The notes beneath the pieces are model-generated. The model worked only from the letters and a program-made list of their open reading frames with translations, did no database searches and was not told the DNA's origin. Shown piece by piece: positions 14,627-29,039 of a stretch of DNA of 64,000 bases. Within the stretch, counting starts at the first letter, position 1, and each line of letters opens with the position of its first letter. This stretch comes from Amoebidium appalachense (taxonomy: Eukaryota; Protista; Ichthyosporea): NCBI GenBank assembly GCA_963693365.1, contig CAVNZM010000002.1, forward strand, positions 15,285,615 through 15,349,614, in the 5' to 3' direction. The position numbers and the translations under genes are program-made.

Positions 14627-15300
14627 GACCGGAGGAGACGGGCCAGGAGGATATTACAGTCAGGCTGCATACATGTAAACGGCCTCGTTCCCGAGTTCGG
14701 GAGGGAGGGGGTGAGGGGAAGGTGGGGGGGGGGGGGGGAGTAAAGAAGCAAGAGGGGGGTAAGGGAGGGAGGGTGCGGGAGGAGTCCTGAGCAATGCACA
14801 AAGAGAAAAACCGGTGTATGGACACCTCGTTCCATGTCTGTGTTGAATATTTGCATGTGCCTTTACCCTGCTATGCCATCTCCTGCTCAGTCTCCCTCTT
14901 CTTTCTCAAAAACTCTCTCTCTTTCCCGGTACCGTGCTTTCTCCCTCACTCCCACCGGGTCACTCTTGCCCTCTCTGTGTGTTTGTGCCCTTTATTTATC
15001 TCTTTATCTACATCCAGTGCAGTGTCTTATAGTAACCTTTTGGGCCCTTTGGGGTGCACGGGGAAAACGGAAGGGTATTGGTATCTTCTACGAGTGTGCA
15101 GCCGCACTTCTGGGTGCGTTGGTGTACGAAAGAGTGCATGTGTGCGTGTGTGTGTGTGTGTGTGCGTGTGTGTGCACTGGCCCGAGCGCATATGGAAGAA
15201 ACAGAAAGACAGAGGAGGGGGTGGAGGGGGGGGGGGGGGGGGGGAGAGAGAGGGAGAGAGAGAGAGAGAGAGAGAGAGTGTGTGTGTGTGTGTGAGCTAA

Positions 15301-15372
<72 letters not shown>

Positions 15373-16094
15373 TTGTGTTTACGAGGAAGCGGAGGGAGGA
15401 GGGGCGAAGAGAGAGAAACAGACAAGACGCAAACAGGCATCAATAAAGGAATGGAGAGGGGGAAGAGGGAAAGAGCAAGAGACGGGGGGAGAGAGGGAGG
15501 GAGAGAGAGAGAAAGGGAAAGGATGTGTGTGTGCATGTGATAGAGAGAGAGTGAGCAAGAGGGGTGCCAAAAGAGTAATGGCCGACTAAAGGGACTCGAG
15601 TTGATAAGGAACGAGAGACAGAGACAGAAAAATAATAAAGGGGATGGAGTGAGAGATGAAGGAAGATACGGCCAGAATCGAACACCATCGATAAAATGCC
15701 AGGTCGGCACTAATAAGAGCTCCTTGCTACGGCATTCTCAATAGTGCATAGCCTGTAGTGTGGGCGGAGGGGATAGATACCGAGAAATTCAAAGCCTGAC
15801 CGTATTGTGTTGGTTTGTTTGTTTATTGACATGATTTGTGTGGGAGGCTGACAGCTATTAATCGCTTTGTTGTCTTGAGGCCTGAAATACCGTACCTGTA
15901 CCTGTACCTGCCGGTAAAAGTGCAAGGTGTGCGCAAAGGCCTTCAGCCCCAGGCAAAAGTGGCGGGAAAAAGCACCAATCGAAACTGCTCTCTTCAAAAT
16001 CTCAGCCAATCAAGTTGCCGCCCCACGTTCCAACCGGGCATGAGGCCAGGGTTGGGCTGGGGTTGGCCAGTTTAACCGTATTGTCCTTTGGCCA

Positions 16095-16146
16095 ATCGTA
16101 ACGGACAGTTTCTTTATCGTAACGGACAGTTTCTTAATCGTAACGG
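16095..16146. repeat. 21-bp tandem repeat (~2.5 units)
   Basis: atcgtaacggacagtttctt(t/a) begins at 16095, 16116 and 16137. Confidence 0.85.
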
Positions 16147-16597
16147 GGGGGTTCTTGGGGATCTGGAAGCCCAGCAAAAAACGCCCCTCCAGTCACAAAA
16201 CTCACAATACGCGTTTTTACAAATTAGGTATCACAAAATTACAAGCCCTGGACACTTGTCGGGTTCGATATTGCTCATGAGATGAGAAGCGCTGTAGATA
16301 TGTTCTTGAACAGAAATATTGAAACAATTAGGTACAGTTAGATACTAAGGGGCCTTAAAGCGTTTATAATGCTATACATCTGATACGAAAGCTGTTACGA
16401 CGGCACCCTAACCTTATTCGTATCGTCTTTCGTTAATCGCAGTTATGACGATTTTTTTTCGTAATCCCCCCCTGCCTGAGGCTGCCCGGTACGGACTTTT
16501 TGAGCACCGTGGCTTGAACCCTCTGGACGGCCACACTGTAACAACCGTGGAACCCTGCGCCAGTACCTACAAACCATCCACCCCTTCCACCCTAACC

Positions 16598-17789
16598 ATG
16601 GGCTGCGACAAGGACCAGCTTGCAAGCGCAGAGCTGACGGCTGACTGGGAGTGTGCCATCCGTCTGGACGTGGTCAAAGACCCGCAAGATGCATCCTGTG
16701 GTGGGGGCCATGTTTTCTGTGCAGATTGCATCAAACAGTCTCTTGCGCAAAGAGACACCTGCCCTACCTGCAACATTACACTGAAAGGCAAAAAATACAT
16801 ACCCATCGATAAATGGCCCACCAAACTCCCACGGATGTACCGGTCACTCAAAGTTTACTGCGACAACATGTTGCACCAATGTGTGTGACCTGAGTGAGCT
16901 CTCGGAACACGTGCAAAAGTGTGGGAAAACGCCTGTCAAATGTACAAACAGGGGGTGCGGGGAGAGTTTATTGACGGAGGATCTGCAGCGGCATTTGGCC
17001 GAGGATTGTCCCATGAGACCGGCCGATTGTGACCTGTGTGGAAAGTCATTCACATTCAAGACCATTGAAGGTGGGAACACTTACCTGCTGGCATTTGGAT
17101 GCTTGTGCAACTTGCTCTTTTCCCCCTAGCAATTTAAACCCATTTTTTTCGTTTGCAAAATTAGATGCATAGACGTGTGAATGCACATGCACAAACACAG
17201 ACCAGCAAATAGATAACTCGTACTGCAGCCATGCCGTCCTGCCCGCACTACCGCTGTGATATATACAAGCATCACACAGTACGTAGCATGCACCATTTCT
17301 CCCCAGCACGTACGCGGGGAAGTGAGCATAGGTACACGTAGAGTTATGAGCGCTTATGCCCTCCATAGGATTCCTTCTGTCTCCCCCCCCCCCCCCTCCC
17401 CCTCCCCCCCCCCCCGCCCGCCCCCTCCCGCGAAGCCCTTCGACCAAAACGTCTATGTCCCCCCCCCCCCCCTCCCCCCCCTCACTTACACACCAACAAA
17501 CATAACCCACCCAGTTTCACATATGCGAACACCTACACACACCTAACCACCTGCACACATCCATGGGCGCATACACCAGCCTGTCATGCGTAACGTGCAC
17601 CATATGATATCATGTGCATTTGCGTGCCTGTTCAAGATAGCCTACACCTCACGCACACTACACCCACGCGTAAACGCGCACATGCACACTCGCACGCACC
17701 CGTGCACACACACGGATGCGCACAGACGTACGCATCCACACACACACGGATGCATACATGCGCACAGCACACACACCACACATCAACAA

Positions 17790-17845
<56 letters not shown>

Positions 17846-17889
17846 ACACACGCGCGCGCGCACACGTGCACACACGCATGCACGCACGG

Positions 17890-17971
<82 letters not shown>

Positions 17972-19375
17972 GCGTGCGCGCGCGCGCACACACACATACA
18001 TCCGCACACAAAATAACATACACAACAACACATACAGTACGCACAAACACACACTCACAACACGGGATCGCCTCCCCAACCCCCTCTCCCCTCCCCCCCC
18101 CCCCCCCCCCCCCCCCCCCTCCCCCCGGCTCGTTTCTTGCTCACACTCACACATACAGCTGAAACGATACGGGCACAAAAGAACATATGTGCACACAGAT
18201 ACCCACCATAATCATTTTCGTACCTCTTGGCCGTCACGCGTGTCCCCGCCCCCTCTCTCTTCTTCCCTGTGTCCTGCCCACCAACATAGCACCATCTCAC
18301 CTTTGCTCGCCGCCTCATCCTATTGCCCAAACATCCAAAAAGAGTATCAAGCCTAATTGCATTTCTGTGTTCTTGTTTAGAACCATTCGAGTCTACCCTT
18401 GACATCCCAGCATTATAACCATATTACTTCGAAGAAAGTGCATGTACATTTTTGCAAACACTTGCTTGAACCCCCCCCCCCCCTCCCCCCCCCCCCCCCC
18501 ACACACACACACACACCGCCACCGCCCCCTCCCTCCTCCCCTCTCTCCCCCCCCCTCCCCCCCTCCCCCCCCCTCCCCCCCCCCCCCCCCCCTTCTCCCT
18601 AAAAAAAAAAAAAAATCAAACCCCAACCCCTCGCACCGGCAAATTCTGCCGCCACTCACAACCTCACTAACCACATCTTTTCATCCATTCCTTTTCTTTT
18701 CCTTCCCCCTTTTGCTTCCTTCCTTCCTTTCATGCAGGTCACACGATCAAATGCCGCACCGAATGCACATGTGGGCGAATTGTTGCCCGGAGCCACACCA
18801 AGTCACACCTCACCAGCACATGTCCCGATGGAATAATCACGTGCCCTATTCCCGGCTGTGAAATGACACTCCCACGCAAACAACAAAACGAACATATGAC
18901 AGAGTTTCTCTTGTTGCATATGCAGTGTTTTGCGACTGAACACCGGAAGCACAACGAGGAAATCGAGAAACAACGGCGGCAGATCGAAAAACAGAAGTCG
19001 GAAATCGAGAAACAGAAAAATGAAATCAAGAAACAGAAGGCGAAATCCAAACGGCTAAGTATCGAAAACCGGGATTTGGAACGGAGATTACAAGATTACG
19101 CCCAACTTCTAAAAATCTCGACAAGCTGCAATCGGAGAGAAACGGGACAAATGCAACAATCGAAAATAAGCAGAATGTTGATTGGCTACTTAGAGATAGC
19201 AAGCACGTGCACGGAAGACTCGGCACAATTGAGGACAACCAAGCGCGAGAAAACCAGAAAAAACGGAGCCATTATGACGAACTTGAACGAAATGCAGCTG
19301 AGTTCAAGAGACAGTGCGATGCACTCCGTCAAATTTACCCTGCATATTATCCCGTGCTGTTGTAGTTTGCAGTAA
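16598..19375 (+). pseudogene. TRAF-like RING / TRAF zinc finger / coiled-coil gene without MATH domain, frameshifted; exons ~16598-17070 and 18738-~19375
   Basis: RING CAIR(C>R)...CGGGHVFCADC...CPTC. Frameshift at ~16885 before CDLSELSEHVQKC. The phase-1 intron joins E-G-HTIKCRTECTCG. EIEKQK heptad repeats follow, with a probable second frameshift near 19110. Confidence 0.8.
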
Positions 19376-19817
19376 CTGTAGGTGTTGTGTCTGTGCATGT
19401 ATGCAAATGTGATGTGTGTGTTTTCGTTCTTTCTTTCTTTCTTTTCTTTTTTTAATGGTGGTGGTGGTGTTTGGGGGGGGGGGGGGGGGGGGGGAGGCAC
19501 GTTTCCGTTTTCCTTTGCCATTTTCTGGAGGATTCTGTTTGTTTGTTTGTTTTTGTTTTGATGAGTATGTACCCAACTTTGTAAACCAACACAACATTTG
19601 TGAATCTTCTTCCGTTGAGAACTTCCATGATTTTTACAGACAGAGCTAGGGCGCAAGAGCACATTGGGTGGTGCTAAGCCCGCTCTTTTCATGTTTTTTT
19701 GGGGAGCGTATGTTGAGTGGGTGGGTGGGTGGGTGCCACCGGGCGGGAGGGTGGGTGCTTGGGTAGGTGGGTGTTTTTCTTTTCTTTCTTTCTTTCTTTC
19801 TTTCTTTCCTTCTTTTT

Positions 19818-19848
<31 letters not shown>

Positions 19849-19852
19849 GAGA

Positions 19853-19883
<31 letters not shown>

Positions 19884-20033
19884 TAGAATAATTGCAAGGT
19901 TGTACTAGTCTTCAGTCTAGATCCCAGAACCATCATGCATGTAAAAGGCTTTTTTTGGCAAACGCAATCATGCCGTGTATACTTTAATATTCCCACTTTT
20001 TTTTTTTAGTTTTATAAAACTAATGGGTTGACT

Positions 20034-20075
<42 letters not shown>

Positions 20076-20304
20076 GCTTTATTAAACTATTGGGTTGATG
20101 TGATTCGCGGATACACTTAAATGTCATTTTGCCTGGTGATGGCTGACATATGTGGGTGGGGAATGTGCACGGCACAAAGCATTCTCTAGGGAAACATGTC
20201 GCCACCCCCCCCCCCCCCCCCCCCCCCCCCCCAACCACCACCACCACCACCACCACCACCGCCATGCCCACACGCCCACCCACACCCACACCCACACACC
20301 CACA

Positions 20305-20357
<53 letters not shown>

Positions 20358-20481
20358 CACACAAATATAATAAAAGAAAAAGAAAAAGAAAAATATGAAT
20401 AAAAATAAAATAAAAATGAGGTAAAAGGGATGGAAGGACACATGCGCACATACCCACTCACCCACTACACCCCTCTTACCC

Positions 20482-20512
<31 letters not shown>

Positions 20513-21150
20513 ACACACACAAGCACCACACATGGACACACACATGCACACACACCCTCACGTGCAAACTCTCGATTACATTCACAAGGAAAATGGGGTG
20601 TGGAGTGTGTGTGTGTGTGTGTGTGTGCGTGCGTGCGACACGCGCTTGCGACACTGTGTGTGCGTGCGTGCACCGGTGCAAACACGTGGCACTGCGTGTG
20701 TGCTAGTGTGTTTGTGTGTGTTTGGTTAGGGGTGGGGGGTGGGGGGGAGGTCACACAGATTGCATCATGTGCCAGGGACATGGCATCTTTCTTTATTTAA
20801 GTAAATGGCTGGCTGTGCGCCCTTTCTGCTGATGCAGGCTTACATGCAAACAAACTAGTAGTCACACCTAGTACATGTACAACAGGGTTTGAAATCTTTG
20901 GAGTGTCATGCTAATATTCAATAACCGACACCATCACATTCAAGCATCTTCTGTTCACAAATGCTTCACAAAGCTGGTTTGTATAACATCGAGGGGGGTC
21001 AGGGAAAAGTGAGAGGTCCAGCCGCATGCTATGGCATACCAACGCGCATAATTTGAAGGTTTCGTTAGTAATGAGTGTTTAAAGCCTTAAGCTCTTTCGT
21101 AACTGTTTTCGTGTGTGTGTGTGTGTGTGTGTGTGGTGGTGGTGGTTGTC

Positions 21151-21245
<95 letters not shown>

Positions 21246-21966
21246 CGCGCACACACGTGTCCATATGTCTGCATGCATTTCTTTTCTTCCAGGCGTGTGC
21301 GCGTGTGTGTGCCTGTATATGTGTGTGTACATTTGCATACTAAGTCTATTGCATAATCAGGCAACTGATTGCTTGAATTGATGCCGGGTACGACTAAACA
21401 TGCAAGTGTTGAAAGCATGTCCTTTCCAACGAGAAGAGCGCAAACACAGTTTACAGTTACGATAAATACAAGCAAAAGCATGCCCTGCAGTGGGCAAAAC
21501 TGTCCCGTGTCATTTAAATAAAAACAAAAAAGAAAACAAAAAAGGGATTTCCACATACATGGTGCAAGGCTTGTAACATAGTTCTCTTCACGTGTATCCT
21601 ATTGGGTGGACGTACTGTTGATCTTGGTGCCGGCACCTCATCACAGCCTCATACATCATATAGGTGGTCGAAAATAAACTGCGGAATTCCCCCATTCGTG
21701 ATTTTCACCAACCAGTAAAAATCTTAAAAATAAAGTAGGAACGGATCCGAATGGGTGACAGTCTATTTTCCTATTGGCAACATTGGATTTCTGTTTTCGG
21801 AACCCGACCCGAAAACCAAAAACGACGCCCCAACGGTTGCTCCAAAAGACCCAGACCCGCGGGGGACATCCGTCGTTTAGGCGCTTTGGTACATTCACAT
21901 TTTTTTCCCCCGATGTATGCCATATTCCGGTGTTTTTTGCATTAAAAAAGGGTAAATTTGAGACGT

Positions 21967-22081
21967 CTACATTCGTTGCAAGGGGCCCAACAGATCGTCG
22001 ACTCTTTCATTTCCGTCACCCATTTCATCCAATCCCATCATGTCTAGAAGCTCTTTGCTTGCTTCCGCACGTGGTGTTTCC

Positions 22082-22170
<89 letters not shown>

Positions 22171-22436
22171 CACGCGCACGCGCCCGCGTTTGTGTGTATG
22201 TGTGCACGTGCGTGCTTGCTTGCGCGTGTGTACCAAAGTATGTAAGTGTGTGTTGTATTGTGTTGCATGTGTGCGCGCGTGCTTGTGTGCATGTTTATGG
22301 GTAACACACATGTGGGCGAGTGCATTTGAAATTAGTGTTTGTGCATGTTTGCAGGCGGGCAAAAGCGTTCAAATGTGTGTTAGCAGGGGGTGAAGAAGGG
22401 GGTAGGCAGAAGGGGTGGGTGGGTTAGTGGGGGGAC

Positions 22437-22469
<33 letters not shown>

Positions 22470-23056
22470 AGTAGGCAAAAAAGCTGGGAAAGGGGGTGAG
22501 GGCAAGGCGAGATGATGAAGGGAGGAGCAGGGTCGGAGACGACAAAAAGAGAGAATAGAGGGTGGTATATGAAAGAAAAGGGTTTGGGGTATCTCCCACC
22601 GGGGGAGGGGGGAGGGGGGGGGGGGGGGGGGGGAGTTAAATGTGTCATAAAGTGCGAAATACACATGAGCAACACGATGCAGAGTGCAAACCATACATAA
22701 AGAATATGCATACCAAGCAGAGCCCATCCTCAGGGGGGGGCCACGTCATCCACAGTACCCAAGTTTCGACCCATTCACCTCGTCAACGAAACCTAACTCA
22801 GATACTGTTTGGGGGGTATAGGGAACAAGTGGAGGGAAAGTGGGGACGGGTATAGAAGCAGGATACTGACGGAAGTGTTGATTGATGTTATGTTTGCCAT
22901 CAAGCACTGTGCAAGATTGATGTGTCTTTGTGTGGCCATGTCTACTAGATTGGCGTGTGTGTGATCGTGTATGTGTTTGCGTGTGTGCGCGTGCGTGTGT
23001 GCGTGTGTGTGTGTGTGTGCGTGTGCGTGTGTGCGCGTGCGTGTGTGCGTGCGTGC

Positions 23057-23111
<55 letters not shown>

Positions 23112-23764
23112 AGCGCAGGTGTGAGAGCGCGGGTGTGTGTGTGTGTGCATGTGTCTTTGTACCCCCGTGTGTACGTGTGTGTGTGTGTGTGTGACTGTGT
23201 GTGTGCTTGCATGTAAAGAGGAGAGGGAAAGAGGCAGGGAGATGATGGAGGTGTGTGTCCTGTTGCATCTACATATGTGTACGTGTCTGGTCCCGTGGCA
23301 CATACGTCCACAGACGGCCACGCACGTGTGCTCCCCTCATGCATGTCCACATGTACAGATGCATATGTGAACGTGCAGGTGTGTGTCTGTCTCTGCACCC
23401 TTCCATCTGTTTCCACCCCTTTCCACATGACGTCACACACATTCCGCACATACCTTTTGTCGTGCACACTCAAACTCCACCAGCATATCCCAGCACTCGT
23501 TATGGCCAGCCATTCGGGCCAGCTCACGGGCCGGCAGACCGTAACCCGGTGCCCTTCGGTCCAGGTCCGGCCCGGAAGCACAACCACACAGGCCCTCACA
23601 CACACACCCCTTACGGAGAAGGTGGGACAACACCCCTGCATGGCCTAGATGGCATGCAACTGTGTGTGTGTGTGTGGGTGGGTGGGTGGAGGGCGGAAGT
23701 GGAAACGTGTTTCGGTGTGTGTTTTTTGTGGGTAAGTGGGTGGGTGGATGGGTGGGGGGGGGGG

Positions 23765-23803
<39 letters not shown>

Positions 23804-24460
23804 GAGGGGGGGAGAGAGAGAAAGAAAGAAGTGAGTGGGGGGAGGGGTGGGGGGGGGGGGGGGGGGGGGGGAATGGGGTAAAAAGGGGGGGGGGGGGGGG
23901 GGAGAGGGTTAGAATGTTTTACAGGACACGAAGTACTCATTCACGACGGATAATGCAAAGTAGGCACAAAGGGTGTGCGTCATAAGCAGAGCCCCATCCT
24001 CGAGAAGGGTTCAAGTCATGAGAAGGAGGAAGAAGGAGGGCAGGGGATTGTGTGTGTGTGTGTGCTGGGAGGAAGTGGCCCGGTTTGATGGGCGGAGGGG
24101 GGAGGGGGGAGGGGGGTGTTGAGCATGCATGGGTACCTTTGTGCTCTTTAGCTGAATAAGGGTAGGGGGATGCAGATAGAGGGTGATATGAGTCAGTGTG
24201 GGGGTGGTCGTAAGTTTGAATGCGATTGTGGGTGTGGTTGGGGGGGGAGGGGGGGGGGGGGTATACTAGTCTTTATATGAACATTCATACAAAACTCACA
24301 AACATAGAAATTGGCATGCACAAGAGACGTACACAGAAAACGAAACACGCACCCACTCACTGAACTCAAACCTTACCCGATTCCCGCTCAGGTACCCTAT
24401 CTCTCCCTTTCCCTTGCTTGATACCAAATACTTGCCTTCAACGAGCTCTTCTCCCTTGAG

Positions 24461-24493
<33 letters not shown>

Positions 24494-26007
24494 ACCACCA
24501 CCACCAACCCCTCACTCCCTTCCTCCCCCTCCGTCCGGCCCTACGCCGTGCCCCACACACATACATCAATGGCCACACGGCCACGTACACGCAGACATAC
24601 ACTGCTCTTCGATTACCTCCCCCCCCCTCCCCCCTCCCCGCCGCCCCCTTCCTCCCCCTCCCCCCTCTCCCTCTCCCCCCAGGGGGGGGGGTGGGGGGAG
24701 GGGGGAAGGGAAAGTCTTCATCCCCTCCAAACACTCACACACTCACTGTGGCACATATAGTCTTGCATGCAGAGGCACAGATTCCGTCCAGGTTGACAGG
24801 CATACACCCACAAAGACACCTACACCCACACCGACATGGGCACATGCATCCCAACACATGCACACACACACACGTGCTAGAACATACACTATACCTAATA
24901 TAGGTGTCCATCCACTATAGCTTGGAAGATTCACATCACACCCTGATTCTACCAATAGCCTAGCAGCATCCGTGTTTCCCATTTGTGCAGCCAAAAACAG
25001 CGCCGTCTCTCCGGAGTTATTCTGTTAGGGGTATAACATTAAGAACCCAATGAATATCCTTTCTCCATATCCGATCATTTCTTATCACCATAAACAGGAC
25101 GATACACGTTGACAACCGATTCACAACAAATACAGCACTTTGGTGAAAACACAAACATATCCCCCCCCCCCCTTCCGTCCCCCTCCCCCCATCCCCCCTC
25201 TCTTTCACGTTCGCTCCTCCGCAACCACCGGACACCTATATCATCAACATTCCCAAACCCCACTTCCTCCCTACTGTCTCCCCTGCTTGAATCTCTACCC
25301 ACCTGCCCTTAAGAATCACACATGCCCCCCAGCTCTACCGGCCGTTACCCCCCTCCCCCCCCCCCCCCCCCCTCCCCTCCCCCGAAAAAAAAAAAGAAAG
25401 AAAGTAAGAAAGGAAGGAAGAAAAAGAAAGAAGGAAACACCCGCTGTATGATCCATCATCCACCCCACAACGTGCTTTCCTTCCCTAGGGACATGAACAG
25501 AAAGTTCCCTAGTGCCTATCTCCGCATCTCAGCTATCCTTCCCTTACCACTCCCCGCCTACAAGCACACGCACGTATGTACACACGCACGCATGCACGCA
25601 CGCACATACGTACGCACGCACACACGCACGCATGCACGCCCGCACGCACATCCATAGAGACAAAAAACACACCCACCAACCCCCCCCCCCCCCCCCCCAC
25701 CTTCCCGCGCACCACCGACAAAGTCATCATAGCTACACAAGATATAACCCTCGCATTCTTAACCCCCCCCCCCCCCCCCCCCCCCCAAATAAGCTTCCAA
25801 CTAAGTAACCAACCCTCCTCCCTTCCCCCCTCCCGCCCTCCTCCTCCTCCCCCTACTCAACCTCCACCACCACCAACCACCACTCCCACCCCATTTTTTC
25901 CTGCCTGAATATAAAGCGCTCATCTCTTACGCGTACCCACACACCCACATACTAACACACACCGCAGATCCACCATTGGGCCATCGAGTCATCCATGAAC
26001 CCGCCCC

Positions 26008-26038
<31 letters not shown>

Positions 26039-26259
26039 AAAAAAAAAAAAAAAAAACATCCATTCACCCCCTTGCCTACTTGTGTATCTGGCCACCAACC
26101 CCACTGCATCACTGCCTTCAAACATGCTGGCTGGTTGCCAAGTACGGCCTCGTGGCCCACCGTGTTACCACTGACTGGGTCGCTACTAATGGTGCCATGT
26201 TCCAGGTGGAGCAACAACACACCAAGGTGCCCTAGACGTGCAGCTTGTAGGGTATCCAT
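21967..26259 (-). CDS. Small ankyrin-repeat protein (~208 aa); exons 26259-26080, 25021-24895, 23659-23454, 22080-21967
   Basis: Spliced ankyrin consensus: [32 protein letters not shown]|[17 protein letters not shown]. Introns are phase-compatible GT-AG. The last exon is the least certain. Confidence 0.75.
22636..22810 (-). repeat. Truncated R1 copy in ankyrin gene intron 3
   Basis: aatgtgtcataaagtgcgaa...cagagcccatcctcagggggg...gaaacctaactcagatactgttt matches 7145-7323. Confidence 0.9.
23908..24002 (-). repeat. Short diverged R1 copy in ankyrin gene intron 2
   Basis: acgaagtactc...cggataa...cataagcagagccccatcctc lies next to a poly-G tract. Confidence 0.65.
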
Positions 26260-26297
26260 TCTGTTTTTTGTTTTTTTTTGTTTTTGTTTTTTTGGGA

Positions 26298-26330
<33 letters not shown>

Positions 26331-26505
26331 GGGGGGGGGGGGGGGGGGGGGGGGAGGAAGGAGGGGAAGGGGCGGGTGAGGGGCCGGGGGGGAGGGGGGG
26401 AAGGGGAGGGGAGGGGGAGGGGAGGGGGGGGGGGGGGGGGGGGGGAACCGTGTGGTGAGAAAGTTGGCGGCGGGGACAGTGGTGTGTTTGAGCAGGTTTG
26501 TGGTG

Positions 26506-26548
<43 letters not shown>

Positions 26549-26931
26549 GGAAAGCCAGCGCGTGCAGAGAGGGAGGTGGGGACTGGGGAAGGATGCGAGT
26601 GGAGGAGGGGATTGAACATGAAGTTTAGAAAGAATGCCCCCCTCCCCTCTCCCCCCCCCCCCCCCTCCCCCCACCCTCCCCCCGCTGCTCCCCTCCCCCT
26701 CGTTGTGGCCCCGTCCCTCTCCCCTGAGTGCTTGTTTCCTCTTCTGTCTTTATCCAGCTGCAGTTAGCTCGAAATGGGATCTCTAATAAAGCCACCCTTT
26801 CCAATGCTCCCCAAACCCCACCGTGTCTTGCCACCAAAACAAGAACGTAGAAGAACTTCAAAGACGGAAGGGCACAGGCGCCACTAAGCAATTGCGAGTA
26901 AGCCGGGTTTGTGGGGGGTGTGGTGACGGAA

Positions 26932-26966
<35 letters not shown>

Positions 26967-28396
26967 GGGGGGGGGGGGGAGGGCGGGGGAGGGAGAGAGA
27001 GGGGGGAGGAAGGTGGGGCGGACAGATGCTCGCGAGGCTACAAGTAGACGGATGCATCCGTAAGGAAAAACAAACACACAGGCACAGACCAAAAGGCACG
27101 TACCCATAGGGGGCATAGAATCACTACATGACGGCCATTCCACACATCATACAAAACGACTTTGTGAAACGTCGCTCTCAGAGTCCGCGTCTCCCCAGTC
27201 GGTGCTATTCTAAATTTATTTACGCGGGAACGATTTTGATTGGGCAGGCCCCCCCCCCCCGAGGATCCCCAAAAAAAACCTCTTCCCCTAGGCCATGACC
27301 TATAACAGGGTCCTCGTGCGTGTTCACACCAGACCGGCATGCCCCACAAGCACATGTATATATTATGGTGTACACTCTGTACGGTGTCGAAACGTCACTT
27401 ACGCGGTGAAGCCTCACCCGCCGGAGGCTCCAAAGCATGGGATACCACATGTGTACACGCGCCCAAACCCGCCCAGATCCACCACGCCTCTGTACACATC
27501 CCAGCGAGGCAGCGTGACTTTTGAATGTGAATAAAGCTTTGCTCACGAGAAAAAGAAAAGACTTTCGACTGAGCGGGCACACCGAATACCGGATACTTCA
27601 GGAAATTTCAGCAGAATAACTTTACTTTTTTGGAGATTCTGAATTACTCCGTTGTTTTTTTCTTCAGAATAATGTAGCCGGCAGCAAATTACGACGTGGT
27701 TGGCCCACTGGTTAGGGCCTATCCGATACGATTTTCAACGGTTAGCGAGTTTGTCTATTAGTAGCCTGCACTGAAGGTTGCATATGCATCTAGTTGTGTG
27801 CCTTCATATGTACGTTGGAGTCGTATCGATCATGCATCGCCCCTGTACTAGGGGATAAAGGGAAGGAGGGGAGTTTTGAAACGAGGGGAGGGGGGCTGCT
27901 TGTTTTCTTTTCTCTTCATCTCCTTTTCTTTTCTTTTCTTTTCTTTTTCTATTTCTTTTTTTTGGGGGGGGAGGGGGGAAGGGGAGGGGGAGGGGGAAGG
28001 GGGGGGGGGGGGGGGGAGGGGGGGAGGGGGATTGAGCGAGAGAGAAAAGGGAGGGATGGGCGGGGGGAGGGGGTAACCGTTAGAGAGAGAGAGCTAGGAG
28101 GGGGGAGGGAAAGAGGGGAGGAGGCGGCAGGCGGGGGCGATAAAGAGATCTAGAGGGGGGGGGGGGGGGGGGGGAGAAAGATAGAGATAGTAAAGAGATA
28201 GAACGAGAGAAAGAAATATTGGAGTTTATTTTATTCACATTAAGATCAACTCCTAAATCCGTACGAGCGACTTTCTCAGCAGGAAACCAAAATAGATGAA
28301 ACTAATTAAAGATAGTTGGGGGGGGGGGGGTGGGGAGGGGGGGGGGGGAGTAAGAAAGAGGGGGAGGGGGGAGAAAGAGAGAGCGGGAGACAGAGT

Positions 28397-28470
<74 letters not shown>

Positions 28471-28591
28471 AGAGAGAAAGGAGAGAGAAAGGAGAAGGAG
28501 GGGGAGGGGGGACAGGGGGGGAGGGAGGGGGGAGAGAGAGAGAGAGGGAGCAGGCGGGCAAGAGAGAGAGAGAGAGACAGTCTGAGAGGAA

Positions 28592-28715
<124 letters not shown>

Positions 28716-29039
28716 TTCTTAAACACCTGGTAAACAGAGGTGTGTTTTTTGGAAAGCCTTGGAGGGGCAGGCGGGGGAGCCTGTCAGTCAGCACGCGTGG
28801 GCAGAGCAGTTCTTCAAAAGCAAGCCTGTGTTTATTACGTGCATTTTAATTAGTGTTTGAAGCTGTCCACTACAAGTGGCACAGAGAGACTGCTACAAGC
28901 AGCCTATGACTCTCTTATAATTTAATTGTATGCTAGAAACATCGAGATCTAAAGCTATCTGTGTACAAATCTCATTCGCGTAGCCATCATTACATATTTC
29001 ACCCACAAATCACGCATCTGCTACCTCACCAATTGCAAC

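Noticed and set aside
16095-16146. CRISPR-like or iteron array
   Set aside because: A simple tandem repeat without unique spacers, in a eukaryotic context.
19186-21580. Possible minus-strand spliced gene (MLQALHH|GMLLLVFIV..., LSVKIMEVLNG...)
   Set aside because: Plausible splice sites exist, but there is no recognisable homology and no continuous phase-consistent model.
24137-24151. 15-nt micro-exon in the ankyrin gene
   Set aside because: The acceptor at 23660 restores a better ankyrin consensus (TPILVACHLGH) without it.
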